A DNA stretch of 63,516 nt, the filler included, from Hyphochytrium catenoides (Eukaryota > Protista > Hyphochytriomycota): NCBI GenBank assembly GCA_900088475.1. It is 12 parts of 12 records of this genome, joined end to end, with 100 filler letters (N's around TTAATTAATTAA, not from the genome) between each part and the next. Parts side by side here need not be neighbours in the genome. Positions count along the whole stretch, not along the records: positions 34,696 to 55,816 come from FLMG01000001.1; 11 more parts are not named here. One strand, given 5' to 3'. The notes beneath the pieces were generated by a model that did no database searches, had not been told where the DNA came from, and saw nothing but the letters and a program-made list of their open reading frames with translations. Within the stretch, counting starts at the first letter, position 1. Each line of letters opens with the position of its first letter. Shown one piece after another: positions 36,256 through 50,334 of this stretch. The position numbers were made by a program, and so were the translations under genes.

Positions 36256-37133
36256 TCTGTCTCGTTTTCGACTATTGGATGTCGTTCTTGAGAAAGAGAT
36301 GGTCCTTTTCTATAGAGTAACCTTCCCAAGGGACACACCACGGCTCATGAAGAGCCTATTCTCCTTCCTTAATGCTCCTCACCAGCTCACTTCCTGCGTA
36401 CCGTGGATTTATATATAGATGAGGCGCTTACCACGGTATAACGCCCCTCAAGGTATCAAGCTGCTGGAGCGGGCCGTGCTACCTATGAAGTCCTCAGCGA
36501 TCAGCAATTTTTATCTGTCATCGGCTTCAACCCCATCGGAAGATCCATGAAGCTCTGTTCGTCAGAGTTGAGCCTCAAACATTAGCTTTACTATGGCCAT
36601 CAGGCTGCAGCATGTTCTGAGCAAAATTCATAATAAGCAAGACTTCACAGTGTGATTACCGGTATTTTGCTTCGTTATATTCGGGATGGGGCCCTTTGTG
36701 GATCTACCCATGACGAAGAAATGTTCAAGGTCCCAGATGTCGAAATTACGCAGGATTTTGGTGAAGGGAGGCTGAGTTTTTTATCGGAGCTCCCGAAATT
36801 TATATTCATCGTGTTACGGATTTTATTGCAGAGACTGAGAGATTGGAGACGGATTTCCTGTGGCGTCTGCCAGACTATGAACGCTGCATTGCATTGAGAG
36901 CTCACTCAAATAGAGGGCCTCAGCAAACCAAAGTGAGAACGATCGACATACAGGAGCTTGACAGCCGGTAAGATTCCGCGTGCCTGGGTGGAGTAGTTTA
37001 TGCACTCTCATACTGGACTGTGTAAAGCTTCACACGTACAGCTAGTGTAAAGGCTGGAATCTACTGGCGTCGGGTTTGCAAGGTCGACTCCTTACATCGC
37101 TGTTTGAAAGATACTGGTGATTCACGAGCCACC

Positions 37134-40100
37134 ATGAGCGAGACCAAGCCTTCTAACCCGTCCACAAGCACCGTGAGTCCTTGACGCCGCTGTTTTATAA
37201 TGGTCAGGCTTCTTCTAACTGTGCCCTCCACCTAATGGTTATTCTCAGGATGCTGCACGGGCATTGGATCAGGAGTTGGAGTTTATCAACAAGATGGAAG
37301 AGGCCAAAAAGAACGAAGAATATCGAAGGGCACTACGGACGGCAAATGCTGCCACAGCTGTCGCACAGACGCGAAAAGATGTAGCTCAGGGCAAGATAAG
37401 CCTAAAGTCAGATGTGAAGAAAAGCACGGCGCTAGTGAAGAAACTGCGGAATCTTAGCGAGGATATGCGCGCCTCAATGCGAAAGGACGTGACCGAGCTC
37501 AATCTGAAGCGTTATGTTAGTGAGATTGTGGCTGCTATCTGTGAAGCAAAGCTTCGAACGGCAGACATTCCGGCTGCGGTAGAAATCTGCTCTCTCATGC
37601 ATCAGCGCTACGCAGACTTCACAGAGCCTTTAATGCAAAGTCTGCTATCGGCTTTTGAGCAGCAAGCGGCGCCCGGAAGCCCAGAGGAGAAGGCTTTGAT
37701 GACCAGGAAGAGATCCACCCTCCGACTGTTGACGGAATTATTCTATGCGGGAGTCTTTACAGACATTGGGATCATTATCAAGATAATTCGAGGGATGTGT
37801 CAGCCTTTTGAGAAGCAAACCAACGAGAGTGGAAAGAGAGAGGGACAGACGGCATCTGCTTCTCTGGATGTTCCGCTGCTTGTCTCCTTTGCCAAATATG
37901 CAGGTGAAGATCTGTTAGGGGTTACATCAAGGAAACAGCGTCAAGTTCTGGAGTCGGCGGCTGGCCATTCCTGCTCTTTCGAGAGAGAAAAACTAGTCGA
38001 CGAGAACGTGCAAAAGGAGCTTCTCTCCCTGCTCACTGGCGCTTGTAGGCACATTTGCGACCTCCTGGTGCTCTCTCACAAGAGCCTGAGAAGATTGGAG
38101 AAAAGGAATGCAAGGGAGGAGCTAAATCGGGGAGAACTTTCTGAAGAGAGTCAACAGAGGCATGAAGCGGAGAAAAAGTCCTATGAGAAGCTTCTCAGCA
38201 ACGCGACATCTCTCACAGATGCGCTTAACCTGGATATGCCCGAGCTACCAGAGGAGCAGCCTGAGACCGTGGGTGAGAGTGGGACCATCTCTCTTTTTTC
38301 TTTGTCAGAGAAGGAAAGAAAGGGTGAAGGAGGATTACTGGACGGCCCATTTGAAGACGAAGAAGCTCGTTCATTCTATAGAGATCTCCCCAACCTGCTA
38401 GATATGGTGCCTTACACGGTGCTGGGACTAAGCGAGGCAGAGTACCAAGCACTAAGGGAGAAGCTAAGCAATAGCGATCCAAATGCTGTGGACAACATGA
38501 AGGAAGAAGAGGAAGAGGGTGCTGGAGAGGTGGACCCATCGTCCGCCTCTTCCTCTGTGTCTGGCGGAGAGACAGACGCCGAATCTGTCTCTTCAGAAGA
38601 TGACACCACAGCATCGGGAAAGCCCTCAGAGGCCGAGACTGCCGAGGTACCAAGCTTGGACTTGCAAGAAGAGTCAGCGGAAGAGAAAAGAACTGTTCAC
38701 TTCGATCTGTTCTTAGAGAAACTGGAAGAACTGGTCAACAGAGACAAGTGCGATCAGTGTGCTGTGGACTTTTGCTATATTAACAACAAGGGTACCAGGA
38801 AGCGCCTTGTTCGTGCGCTATACAGCGTACCCAGAAGCAGATTAGAGCTCATTCCTCACTATGCTCGCCTCACGGCCACCCTTAACACTATCTTTCCTGA
38901 GATTGGGGCGTCGCTAGTTGAACTATTGATGGGTGAGTTCTTAGGGCTTCAGCGGAACAAGAGCCAGAACCGCCTGGAGACCAAGATCAAGAACATCAGA
39001 TTCCTGGGAGAGTTGACCAAGTTCCGTATTGTACCTCCAAACACAGCCTTCCGCTGTTTGAAGCGGTGCTTTGACGACTTCACGGGGCATAATATTGATG
39101 TTGCCACTACGATGCTAGAGACTTGCGGGCGGTATCTCTATCGGACACCTCACACACACAGCCGATGTGCAAACTTCATAGAGATTATGATGAGGCTCAA
39201 ACAAGCAAAGAATCTGGATAATCGGGCAGAGACGATGATCCAGAACGCCTATTATATGTGCAAGCCTTCTGAGAGAACAGGCTGGAAAATCAAGGAGCAT
39301 CCTCCTCTCTATCTTTACATTATGAAGGTCCTTTATAGCGATCTGGAGGAGAACAACGTGGAGGATATCATAAAGACTCTGCGTACACTTCCCTGGCAAG
39401 AGAAAGAGACGACAGAGTACTTTGTCAAGTGTGTGATGAAGGTGACAAAGAGCAAGTATATGAAGCTTCACCTCGTCTGCGACTGCTTAGCTGGTTTATC
39501 GAAGTATCAAGACCACTTGGGAATCCGTGTCGTGGACGGTACGCTAGAGGAGATCAGACAAGGTCTTGTCCTGAATGACTATCGAGACCAGCAGCTTAGG
39601 ATTGGTTATATCAAGCTCTTTGGTGAGCTGTATAACTATAGCCTCGTCACCTCCCAGCTGATCATCGATCAGCTGCATTTGCTCATTAACCACGGTCACG
39701 ACCTTCTTGATTATTATCAGCAACAGCTACCACCGGGACAAAAGCTGGATCCAGAGTATGAGAAGCAGCTGAGATTATTTCCCAATGCTCCTTCCATGTC
39801 CTTCCGCTATGATCCTCGCGTTCCTACTCCTCTTGACGGACCTGAGGATATGTTCAGGATCCGCCTAGTGTGCACGCTGCTAGAGGTGGTCGGGCACTAC
39901 TTTGACCAGGGCACACCTCGAGAAAAGATGAATCGCTTTCTTATCTTCTTCCAACGCTACATCCTCTCCAAGCCTTTCCTTCCCACAGAGACAGAGTTTG
40001 CCGTCTTGGACATTCTGGACTCCCTCCGACCAGAGGGAGAAAAAGGAGGACTGAGACGCTTCCAGAACTGGGAGGAAGCACAAGAAGAAGTGGCAAAGAT

Positions 40101-41993
40101 CCAGCAGAAAGAATTGGAAACGGCTCTTGAGGAGGAGAGAAAGAAGGACGCAGCAAGGAGAGGGAGAGAAAGGAAGCCAGGAGAAGGACAAGCCGAAGTG
40201 GCTGCTCCTCCTTCGCCAGTAGGCTCGACTGGTTCTTCGGCAAATGACTTCGATGAAGAAGACGACGGGGTAAGGCTAGCGCAGATGTATGCACTGCTGC
40301 TGGGTATCGGGTGGGCAAGGGTGGCGCCAAACTCGACGGACTGAGAAGGTGCCAAGAAGGCCGAAGGAAAGAGTTAGCAGGGGAGAGAGGACACAGCAGC
40401 GAGAGGGCACTGCAGAGAGTGAGAGAGTGACACCCTCAACTCATTAGATGTAACTCAAGCTCTATTGAGAGGCCGAATCCTCCATGGCCTTCTAGGAGGC
40501 AATTGGCCATAGAAATCCGAGCTTTAGTTAAAAATGGGACTAACACTGACACTTGTAGGAGGACGGCGAGCAGCGTGATTCTGTGACAGGGGGAGAAGAA
40601 GGCGAAGAAGATGAAGATGAGGAAGCAGGAGAAGACGAAGAGGTAACTCCCGATATCAGTAATCTAGGATAGACGCATTTGCTCTATCCCCCGGATCTAT
40701 CCTTAAGAGGGATCGGCCTTTGACGGTCTATCTTCGAGCGCTTAAAGTGCCCTTCTCCGATTGCTAAGAATCTTCTTGGCCGGTTTCACCCTCTGTAGGG
40801 CGGGTTTGGAGATGATGATGCCGTGGTAGTGCTGGATCACCGCGTCAAAGAAGAAGAGGACGAGGACTTCGAGAGGGAGTTTAAGGCGATGATGCAGGTG
40901 CAGTTACAGTCAAAGGAGTCATGCCTCTACTCCCTTTCCTTTTGGTCCTCCGTTACATGGTTGTCGATGTCCATCCTACCTTCAGACCTTCCTCTCCCTT
41001 CTTCTACAGAAGTTTGCCTTCCTATACCAAGAAGATGGTTTTGGCTTGTCCGCTCTCTTCATCATTAGGTGATGCCGCTTTCTTCTTTCTTAAGAGTGTC
41101 CTAAATGTGTACCGCCTTGCTCTGCGTTGCTAGAGTTGCGTAGTTGTCTCTGATGCCCCTTGATCTGTTGATACTTGCGCAGGAGAGTGTGGAGTCGCGT
41201 AAACTGACTCGGGTGACCAACGCGGATAACATGGCATTGCCTGTCATGTACAAGGGAGGGATAGGGGCCAGGGCAGCAGCAGACGCCCCAAAGGAAGATC
41301 CAGAGGAAGCACCAGAAGACGCCGTCAAATTCCGTCTTCTGAAGAGAGGGACCAGGGGCAAGGTGGAGGCCAAGACACTGTTTGTGCCGCAGAATACTTC
41401 CTTGGCGCATCATTCCATACAGCAAGAGGTACAGATTACGCTATGACTGCGTTACGTTCCTCTCTTTCTCTGATAGTCTTTGTCGTCACCTCAGCTCGGA
41501 ACTACTTTTGCGTGTTTGCCCTGGTAACAGTATGGGACCATTCTTGTGGCGGTCATGCTTGTCCTCTCTTTCTTTACACTGCTGGGTCAGCCTCTTTCTC
41601 CTGCTTTAGTGCCATCTGTAAAGCCCTTTCCCAAAGTAACATATTCCTCTTATGCCTTAGAATGCGGAGCGGGCAGAGCAGTCTGAACTAAAGCGCTTGG
41701 TGCTGTCTTACGAAGCCAGAGAAGACGGCTACAACGACCTCAGTCAGCCTAGAACGGTATGCCGCTCATTGCTTGCGTTTTATTGCCTCTATCTTCATTT
41801 TGGTCTGGACTGCTACTGAAGGTTCCATACCTGAGTTTCCTCATTCTGACTCGATCCTCCCACTTCTTTTGGGCACTAGGCGTCTAACAGTCTCCCTCAA
41901 CCTTTCGCTTCTACCCTAACTCTCCGTCCACAGAATACTTATAGAGTGCATGGCGGGATGTCTAGTCGCCGGTACCGTGGACATCGGAGCTAG
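37134..41993 (+). CDS. UPF2: Nonsense-mediated decay factor UPF2; exons 37134-37172, 37249-40269 and five short 3' exons
   Basis: LKSDVKKSTALVKKL, LNLKRYVSEIV, KIKNIRFLGELTKF, FGELYNY and FRIRLVCTLL (three MIF4G domains), acidic region, and C-terminal FRLLKRG...LFVPQNTSLA...ELKRLVLSYE. Confidence 0.95.
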
Positions 41994-42558
41994 AGTCTCC
42001 TTAGGAAGAGGGCGTCTTACTGCGTCTGCTGTGCATGCCAGTTTCTCACTCTCCCATCTGATTGCTCTTCTATTTATTAAATGCTCCTGTTTTGAAGCCG
42101 CTTGGGCCTTATAAGCTCTTTTTGCTCTTCCGCTAGAGCGGTCTAATAGCGTAAAACTCCTTGTAAGTGTATCATTCTTACAAAGCAACTCTCCCAAAGT
42201 CCTTATCTACCCATCTCTTCCACCTTCCTTAAGCTCCTTACGGCTCCTCCCTCTGTTCCTCGCGTCAGACCAGTCGCAGGGTGTAGGATATCCATGCATA
42301 AACAGAGTTGCTGGTCCTTTCAGGCTTAACGTGGCCTGGTAGCTGTAGCAATGAGCGTCAGCCTGGATAGCGAGTGAGAGAATAAAGGAGAGCTTGAGTG
42401 GCACTAGAGATGCTTTTTCCATCTTCTTCAGGACTCCTGCTGCCCTTCTGTGTGCTACTCCACTGACTCTTGGTGTAGGAAGAAGACAGAGGAGAGAATC
42501 TCGCAGCTTTCTGCTCCTGGAGCCTCTACTTCTTCAGTAAAGACTGGCTGTTCTCTCT

Positions 42559-44213
42559 CTATGTTATGGTGCAGACTCCACTCTTTCCTACGCCCCGGTA
42601 GATGAGTGAGTATACGGCTGGGATCTGCTTCCTGAGCTCTTCCTTCTCTCTCTCAAGCTCCTCAATTCTCTGCTTCAATCGAAGGCGGTCCCCATCCTGC
42701 TTGTGGCTCAGCGCCTCCAGCTGCCGCATGTGCACTGACACCTCAATGAGACGATCCTGGTGCTCTACAGCGAAGTGGAGGAGAGAGGAAAGTAGATGAG
42801 GGAAAATGAACTTTACGGGTGCAGCTCTAGACAGAGTATCAGGAGAGACTCAATCTCACCCCTAAGAGCAGAGAGCGAGACGATAATGTGCGCGCAATAC
42901 CCAGGGAGAGAAAGGGAAAAGAGAGACAGATGACAAGGGAAAGGAAGAGGAGAGAGATGAAACTGGCACTGCCTGCCTTTGCTGAAGAAGTGAGCGAGGA
43001 AGAGAGAGGAGACTGTCTACGGTGGGACCTTTCGCAATCTTGCAGATCCAGAGGATCGTCTTGGTGTCTGCTCTAAGGTTCTGAGGGATCATTGTCAGCC
43101 TCTCATTCCCTGAGCAGTCGATATGCGACAGTTGCTGGAGGTCCGCCAGCTCTGGAGGCAGCTCCTTCAGTCGATTGTTCTGCAGCATCAGGACCTTGAG
43201 CCTTGAGAGCTTGGCGAGCTCCGCGGGCAGCGTCTCCAGCATGTTCTCCGAGAGGAAGAGCTCCTCCAGAAGCTTGCAGAAAGAGATTTCTTTCGGCAAA
43301 CGACTGATTCTATTGCCATTTAACTGCAAAGACAAAGATACAAGAGAGACGGAGAGAGAGAGAGAGAAAGAGTCGAAGAGAAAGGGTTGACGGATAGACA
43401 GAAAGGGACATTGATTCTTAAGATGCAGAGTATCTGGCGGGAGCTCAGCAGGGTGAAAGTGATAGAGGAGAGAGAAGGAGCTAGCTATGGCTAGACGGGA
43501 AGAGAGAGAGAGAGAGGGAGAGAGAGAGAGAGAGANTACAGTTTGAGAAAGGTTAACAATGAAGACTCTAATGAAGAAGAGAGAGAAGAGAAGAGAGAGG
43601 GAGAGAGTAAGAGTACGAAGAGTCCCAATGTGGCTCATCTCACCCTGAGCTTTTTGAGTTTGACACACTTCCCAATGTCGCCGGGCACAAAGTCAATCTG
43701 GTTGCAGGACATGTCCAGCTCTCTGTGAAGAAGAGTGAGGAGAGAGGATGAGAAAGAGAGAGAGCGTTAAAAGACGGTCCAAGGAAGGAGCGGCAGTTAA
43801 GATGAGGAGAGGGATGTAGAACCGAGAGAGAATAAGAGGAGCGAGTAGGTAAGAGAAACGAGTAAGAGGGAAATGGAGCGAACTAACTTAGTGAGAGTGA
43901 GAGAAAGAAGAGAGACTCGGAGAACAAACACGACATCAACATGAAGAGAGACAGAGAGAGAGAGAGAGCGAAGAAAGAAAGAGAGAGAGCGAGGCCGACA
44001 AATAGACGCGCAGCCGGCGTCTCACCTGAGCAGCGTCAGTCTTCCAATCTTAATGGGGATGGAGGTCAGGTTATTGTGGGAGATATTGAAGATAATCAGC
44101 ACGTCGCCCCATTCCCAGACATAATCGTCCAGCGTCTTCCACCCGCGGTGGCTCAAGTCCAAGATCCCGCTCTCTCCGCTGGGCTTGGCGATGGGAGTGT
44201 CATAGTCCTCCAT
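42559..44213 (-). CDS. Leucine-rich-repeat protein with C-terminal coiled coil and terminal CaaX-like motif, 255 aa; exons 44026-44213, 43644-43722, 43029-43323, 42559-42764
   Basis: Repeated LxxLxLxxNxLxxLPxEL units (e.g. LEELFLSENMLETLPAEL), coiled coil RLKQRIEELEREKEELRKQ, ends CTIT*. Exons total 768 nt in frame. Confidence 0.9.
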
Positions 44214-44867
44214 CCCTTAGAAGATAGGCTAGAAGACCCAGCGATAGATAGAGAGAGAGAGAGGCGATGTAGAAAGAGAGAGAGAGAGAGAGAGAGAGTC
44301 CGGCGAGGGAGAAAAGAGACTCATCTATTTCTCTCCTTTCTCTCCCATGATGGCTTACTTTCCCCTTTTCTCCATGGAGACACTGGCCGAGAAAGAAGAT
44401 GGCGTACTGATAGAAAGAAAGACAAAGCGAGAGACAACAACTAAGCAAGTGAAGAAAGGCAGGAGGGGAAAGAAAGAAGGGAAGGGAGAAAGACGAGAAG
44501 CAGCAAGACAGTAGCGAGACCAATATCTCTCTTGGCTGCCTCCTCAGCCGCTGATGGGAAGCAATGACTGGCCCTACGAGGCTTCAAGCAAGAGAGAGAA
44601 GAGAAGAGGAACTGTATGGCTAGGCGGACAGTGACGGCAAGCTGAGCTTCTTATAGGCTCTGGGCTCTGGGAGGAGAGAGCAGCGCTGTAGAGGGTTTGA
44701 AGGGGAAGAGGGAGGAAGGCGTGACCAGCGCAGTGCACAGAAAGCGATAGGGAGCAACAAAAGTGCAAGACAGGGAGAGCGAGCGAGAAAGAGCGAGTGA
44801 GAAAGAGGGAAAGAGAGAAAAGGAGAGAGAGAGAGATAGGGAGGTAGTAAAAGAAAGAGAGAAAAAT

Positions 44868-44899
<32 letters not shown>

Positions 44900-44920
44900 G
44901 AGACAGAGAGAGAGAGGGAA

Positions 44921-44954
<34 letters not shown>

Positions 44955-44976
44955 GGAGACAGAGAGAAAGAGAGAA

Positions 44977-45012
<36 letters not shown>

Positions 45013-45026
45013 GGAGACAGAGAGAA

Positions 45027-45067
<41 letters not shown>

Positions 45068-45471
45068 AGAGAGAAAGAGAGAAGAGAGAAAGAGAAACGC
45101 GCTAACGAAAGGTCATTTCCCTCTGTGTTACTCGTACAAGAATACTCACATGAACAGCCCTAACTCCTCAAAGGGTTATCACTATTTAGTTATCGCTTTT
45201 TATTGATCTAGTTACTACAAAGCTTGGCCTCGATTGACGGGAGATCGAAGAGCTTCAGAAGCTCTTCTTCCTTGAGCTTTTTATTGGAGCTTCAGAACTC
45301 AGACTCCCCATCTGCAGAGAGCATCGCTGTCCTGAACCTATCGGACAGAGAGATCTCTACTTCTTTCCAAGCGCTATTAGCAGTGAACGCACTTGCAGAC
45401 TCTGACATAGCTGAGACGTCCCCTAGTTGACGTGAGCCAAAGAGGCACTAAGCTTAATAGACTCTTATGCC

Positions 45472-46084
45472 ATGGCGGAAGACGGCACCAAGATTTCAAC
45501 TTTAAATAGCGTGTCAGCGCAGTCTCAGACTTTCGTGATCCAACACGAGGACCACACTCTGGGCAATGCTTTGAGATACACAGTTATGAGAAAGTGCGTG
45601 AACTCGTAATGTTTACCCTGCTTGGAATGAGTCTCACGTTGTTCTTGCTCGCTCTGCAGTGCCGCTACCAAGTTCTGCGGCTACAGCGTTCCTCATCCCT
45701 CCGAGCCCCTCATGCACATCAGAATCCAGACTTCAGGTAACAACTGGGGCTCTGTCTCCCCTCTTTCTCTTGATAAGGGCCTTGGCCTCATCTTCCATGT
45801 GTACTGCTCTAGCTCTCTTCCTCTTTTCACAGCCCATTTGCTTCTTTGCCGCCTGTCCGTTGCAATCTTCTAACAGTTGTCAGACTATCCTCTCTTCTCC
45901 TTCGGCAGTCTTTGAAAATCTCCGTTTCTTGGGAGCTTATACTTTCCCATTTATTATCCCGTGTCTAACAGAGAGAAGCACGTCAGAGGAGGTGCTCAGG
46001 GATGGACTGAAGAGCCTGAGAGCTGCCTGTGAGCACATTGACGATGTCTTCACAAGGGAAGTTGAGAACCATCAGAGGAAGTGA
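45472..46084 (+). CDS. POLR1D: RNA polymerase I/III shared subunit RPAC2 (RPC19); exons 45472-45593, 45660-45736, 45972-46084
   Basis: TFVIQHEDHTLGNALRYTVMRN|AATKFCGYSVPHPSEPLMHIRIQT is the Rpb11/RPAC2 family signature with RPAC2-type FCGYSVPHPSE. 312 nt in frame. Confidence 0.93.
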
Positions 46085-46298
46085 GGCGCAGCTGTTCCCG
46101 GCCTGTCAGTCTCTCATTTCTCTGCTTGAGTTTCTATTTATCTCTTACTCTGTATAATATACGCCATGGGTCAATGTACACTTCGCCTGCAGAGAAAGAC
46201 TCTTCTTCTTCTCCCGACGCTTGAATCTGTCTCTTTCTCATGCCTGGTAGTCTTTCCCGGCTTTAGCTTTGCTCCTGTTAAACTTCGACTTTGTTGAT

Positions 46299-49288
46299 CT
46301 AAGCCCGGAAGAGAGCTGGCCCCCTGCGAATGATGGGAGAAGAAAGAGGAGCCATGCGGTCTTTCTCACTTCGGCTCTTCCGTCTCTCGAGAGGCGTCAT
46401 AAAAGCCGTGGGGCTTAACTCTTGAGGCGCCGTTATCTCTGCTATGGAAGTCTGCGAAGAAGAGAGAGGGGTTGATAGAGAATGTGTGGAAGAGATTGTC
46501 TCCCTTTCCTTGCTCTGAAAAGGAGAGACGAAGGGAAAGGGCACTCTTTCGCGGGCCTTGAACGGGGAAGGAGTGAAATACTGCGCCACTTCTTCTGGTT
46601 CTTGCTCTTCCGCCTCTTGCTCTTCTAGGTCACGGACGAGGAGGTCATCTTTTTCCTGTGTGTCTGTGCAAGCTAGAGCTGGCATTGATGTGGGAAGTCC
46701 ATGCATCTTCGGGGCCGGTCTAGGACGGGGAGAGAGGGACGGAGAATCTTCGCTTACATCATCGACCTCTCCTCGCCACATGGGGACTGGATAATGCTTT
46801 CCCGAAGTCAAAGACATAGAGAGCGCCTTGGAAGGTTCAGTGATAGGCAGAGGAGAGAGCGAATGGGAAGGTGAGAGACGGGGCTGAGGCTCCAGAGAAG
46901 AGAGAAGCAAGCCTTGTGCCGAGGAGCCATCGGGAGAATCTCCAAGCGTTTCTTGCAAAACGGAAGGAGATGCTTTTCTTGCATGAGCTTGTCCTTCTGA
47001 CAGTGGATAGGGCGTGTCTGAGAGGAAAAGAGACAGATGAATGGAGAGAAAGATACAGAGAGAAGAAAGGCGTGCATACTGTCAGCTGCAGGAGAGATAC
47101 TTCTTCCCCTTGGCTAGAAACAAAGAGGGACATGGGGAGGCAATGGGCAGGAGTGCCAGCACAAGGGCTGAGGATACCTACCGAACACCGAGGTCTGATC
47201 ACTGGTCGAGGAAAAGACAGGCAACTTGGCAGAAAGAGAGGGAGAAGGTCGCTCTAGTTGCTCTTCTAAGTCTTCTATAATCTTCTCGTCCTCCCTGCGA
47301 AGCTCCTCCAAGGTCTTTATCCTATGCAGAGCCTCGTCGTAAGACGAAGTCAGCGTCGATAGCTGCTTTTGAAGAGAAAGGGAGCGCTAGAAACAGATAA
47401 ACAGAGGGAAAGAGAGGCAATCAGTCTGAGCAGCGAGGGTCATGTCTAGGTAAAAAAGTCTAGGTAATCGAAAGAGATGTTAACAAAAAAAAATTGAAGC
47501 ACGTGTCACGAAGGCAGAAAAGAGAAGAGAGGAGAAGGAGAGAGAGAGAACGTGTGAAAGAAAAGAACGAGGAGGACAGGGATCAATTCTTACGCAGGGA
47601 AGAGTTGAGTGGGAAGTAAAATTGGTCTACGATGAAAGGCACATTAAGGGAGGGAAAATCGGAGAGAGAGACAGACAGACAGACAGAGCGCATGTATCAT
47701 TTTGTTTTGCTGACCTCTTCCACCATTTTCATCTCCTTCTCGAGTCTCTCTTGCTCCAACGCTGATCGCTCCAGCCTTGAAAGGACCTGGGAGAGCATAG
47801 ATAAGTGTGTGCTTCTCCCACCGCTGATAGTCATCCATGTAAAGGAAACGAGCCAAAAGACAGAGAGATGAGAGTAAGATGCAGGCAAGGGTAGAGAAGA
47901 GAGCGAGAGAAAAAAGAGGACTCGTATAAACTAATGTCAAAGTTCCCTAAAAGAAAGGCAGCAGCTGGCATAGAGAGTAAGGTTAAGGCCATCCGCCTCA
48001 TCAGTCTAGAGAGAGAATGCAAAGGAAGAGAAGTAGGCAGAGAGCCTCTTACCTCAACAAGATGCCCGGTCGCTCTGCAGCAAAGCTCTACTGCCGCCTT
48101 TCCTACTTCTAATGGTTGAGGCTTAGCCCACATTGGCAGAGGATTGAGCTGCGCAGGTTTGATAGAAACTCCGCTTAGTTAGGGTTCAGAAGGAGGTGGA
48201 GAGAGAAAAAAAGGAGAGAGAGAGACTTTCGTCTTCTTTCCCTTTAAGAAGTAGTTTCTTCGTCCTCTCACTTTCTCTCTCTCTCTCTCTCTCTCTCCAT
48301 TTGGCGTCATATTTGACACCTCTTTCCTTCTTTCTTTCCTTCTGGAGGTACCTTTCTCTCCCGCTGATCATCTTCAAGTATGAAAGACTCGATATGGACC
48401 ATCTCCTCCTCCAAGCTCCGAAGTAGAGTCTCTAACTCCTTTGTCTTCAGTTCTAATTGAGGGATGAGGAGGAGAGAGAGAACAGAGAAAGGGAAAGAAG
48501 GGAGTCCATTAAGGTAGATTCCCCATAGTTCAACCTCGACAATGGTAGGTTAAAACTCGCGAGGTTGCCTTCTCTCTTTTCATTTTCTCTCTCTCTCTCT
48601 TTCTCATTCTGTTTCTCTCTCTCTCTCTCTCTCCATCTCTGCCGTCATCAATGTTCTTCCTGAAACTATTGCAGCATCCTGTGCGTCCTCTCTGAGAACG
48701 CCTCTCCAATTTGTGGACCAGAGAGCCATTCCTCTTCACTTTGTAGTCTTACTATGTAAGTATCATACCCAAGACGGGAGGCTGCTGAATTCTCTCTCTC
48801 TCCTTCCACTCTTTTTCTCTCTTTTTCTCTCTCTTTAATTGCAATCTCTTCGTCGCACGATCTCTCTCTTATTCCCATCTTTGTCCTCTCTCACCTTCCA
48901 CCATTTCCTGATGCTTGGACGGGCGATGAATCTGCGCTATCACCCGCTTCTGGCCGGACTTCTCTTTTGCGTCGTCTTTCTCCGTCTCTCTCCGTTGTTG
49001 AAGAGCTTCTATTTCCTCGCTGAGGTCGACGCGTGTCACTTGATTCAGCAGAGAGGAAGAGAGCTTGAGAGGCACGCCGACCTGATGGTTTATTAAACAG
49101 AGACGCAGACGAGATTGAGCGGAGGAGAGTGAGATGAGAGACATAGTCGAGGTAGGGGAAGCAGTGCCAGAAGATGGGAGAATGTAGGTGTCGAGACCAG
49201 AAGGCAAAGAGGGAACGCTAGAGACCGAGAAGAGGTGGAGAAAGAAAGAAAGGAAGAGAGAGGGAACACGACGGGAATGGGGAGAGAG

Positions 49289-49341
<53 letters not shown>

Positions 49342-50334
49342 AGAGAGACAGTTAGCTGGATTAAGAGCTAGGCGAGAGGTAGGGCTAAGTTGATCAAGAA
49401 AAGAGAAATGTATTGGCAACCTCTTGCGGCTCCTCTTGTTGAGGAAGTGGTGCGAACGTTGGCCGGATGTTCTCTTTATCCTCTTCTCCCTCTTCTTTGC
49501 CCTTATCTTCCTCTCTCTCTTTCGCATGGAGGTCATTCTTCTTCTTTTCTGCAGACCTTCTCTCGCTACCTCCTGGCTGCCCGCCAGCAAGGATATTGTT
49601 CTTGGAGATAAGGAGCAGCTTACGCCGTGCCTTAACGAGAGAGAAAGAGGACGAAGAGAGAGAGAGAGAGAGAGAAGAAGAAAGAAATGATAGCAATGTG
49701 AGAGGAACAGAATCAGAAAGAGAGAGAACAGAGAAGAATTGTGAAAGGTGAAAACTTATCCGCCAAGAGAGAAAGACATATATCTAGAGAGAAAGACAGA
49801 GCGGAGATAGAAAGAAAAGGATAGATAAAGAAAGAAAGAAAGAAAGAGCACGAGAGAGAGAGGGAAAGCAAGTGGAAGACTGAGAAAGACACGAGAAGAA
49901 GAGAAACGAAGTGAGAGGTACAAATAAGGAAAGAGACAGCGACAGCCCTAACAAGCAAGAGTGTTATCAGGTACCATCTCTTCCCTGGAAAGCTTATATT
50001 CTTCATCATTTTTGAAGGAAGAATTCCACTCTGGCTTGCGGCTTTTGGGGCGAGACGGTGGAGAAGGCGCAGAAGAAAGCCGCGGCGCCGTGGGAACTCT
50101 GCTAGCTCCAGATCTCAGCAATCTCTTTCTTGAAGAGAGAGAAGAAGGAGCACGTGCGGGAGAAGCGTAAAGAGACGCCGAAGAAGAAGAGAGCTCGGAG
50201 GGAAGAGAAGGATGGCGCAGGATTTGTCTAAACTTCTCTTTCTCTTTCTTTTGGGTGGAGCCCAGGACCTGGACCGCCAGTGGAGCTTTGAGTTTGACAG
50301 GCACGAGGCCAGTCGCTGTGCTGGTCGCGGCCAT
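46299..50334 (-). CDS. Multi-exon low-complexity/coiled-coil protein, possibly SPICE1-like centriolar protein; internal exons approximate
   Basis: Spliced KPEWNSSFKNDEEYKLSREEM|ARRKLLLISKNN resembles the SPICE1 N-terminal motif (EW...RR.....SKN). Coiled-coil exons near 47700-47830 and 47255-47370; S/P-rich last exon. Confidence 0.45.

Noticed and set aside
6307-41993. An RNA-surveillance cluster of dsRBM exonuclease, OAS and UPF2
   Set aside because: The three genes lie on different linker-separated pieces, so there is no evidence of linkage.
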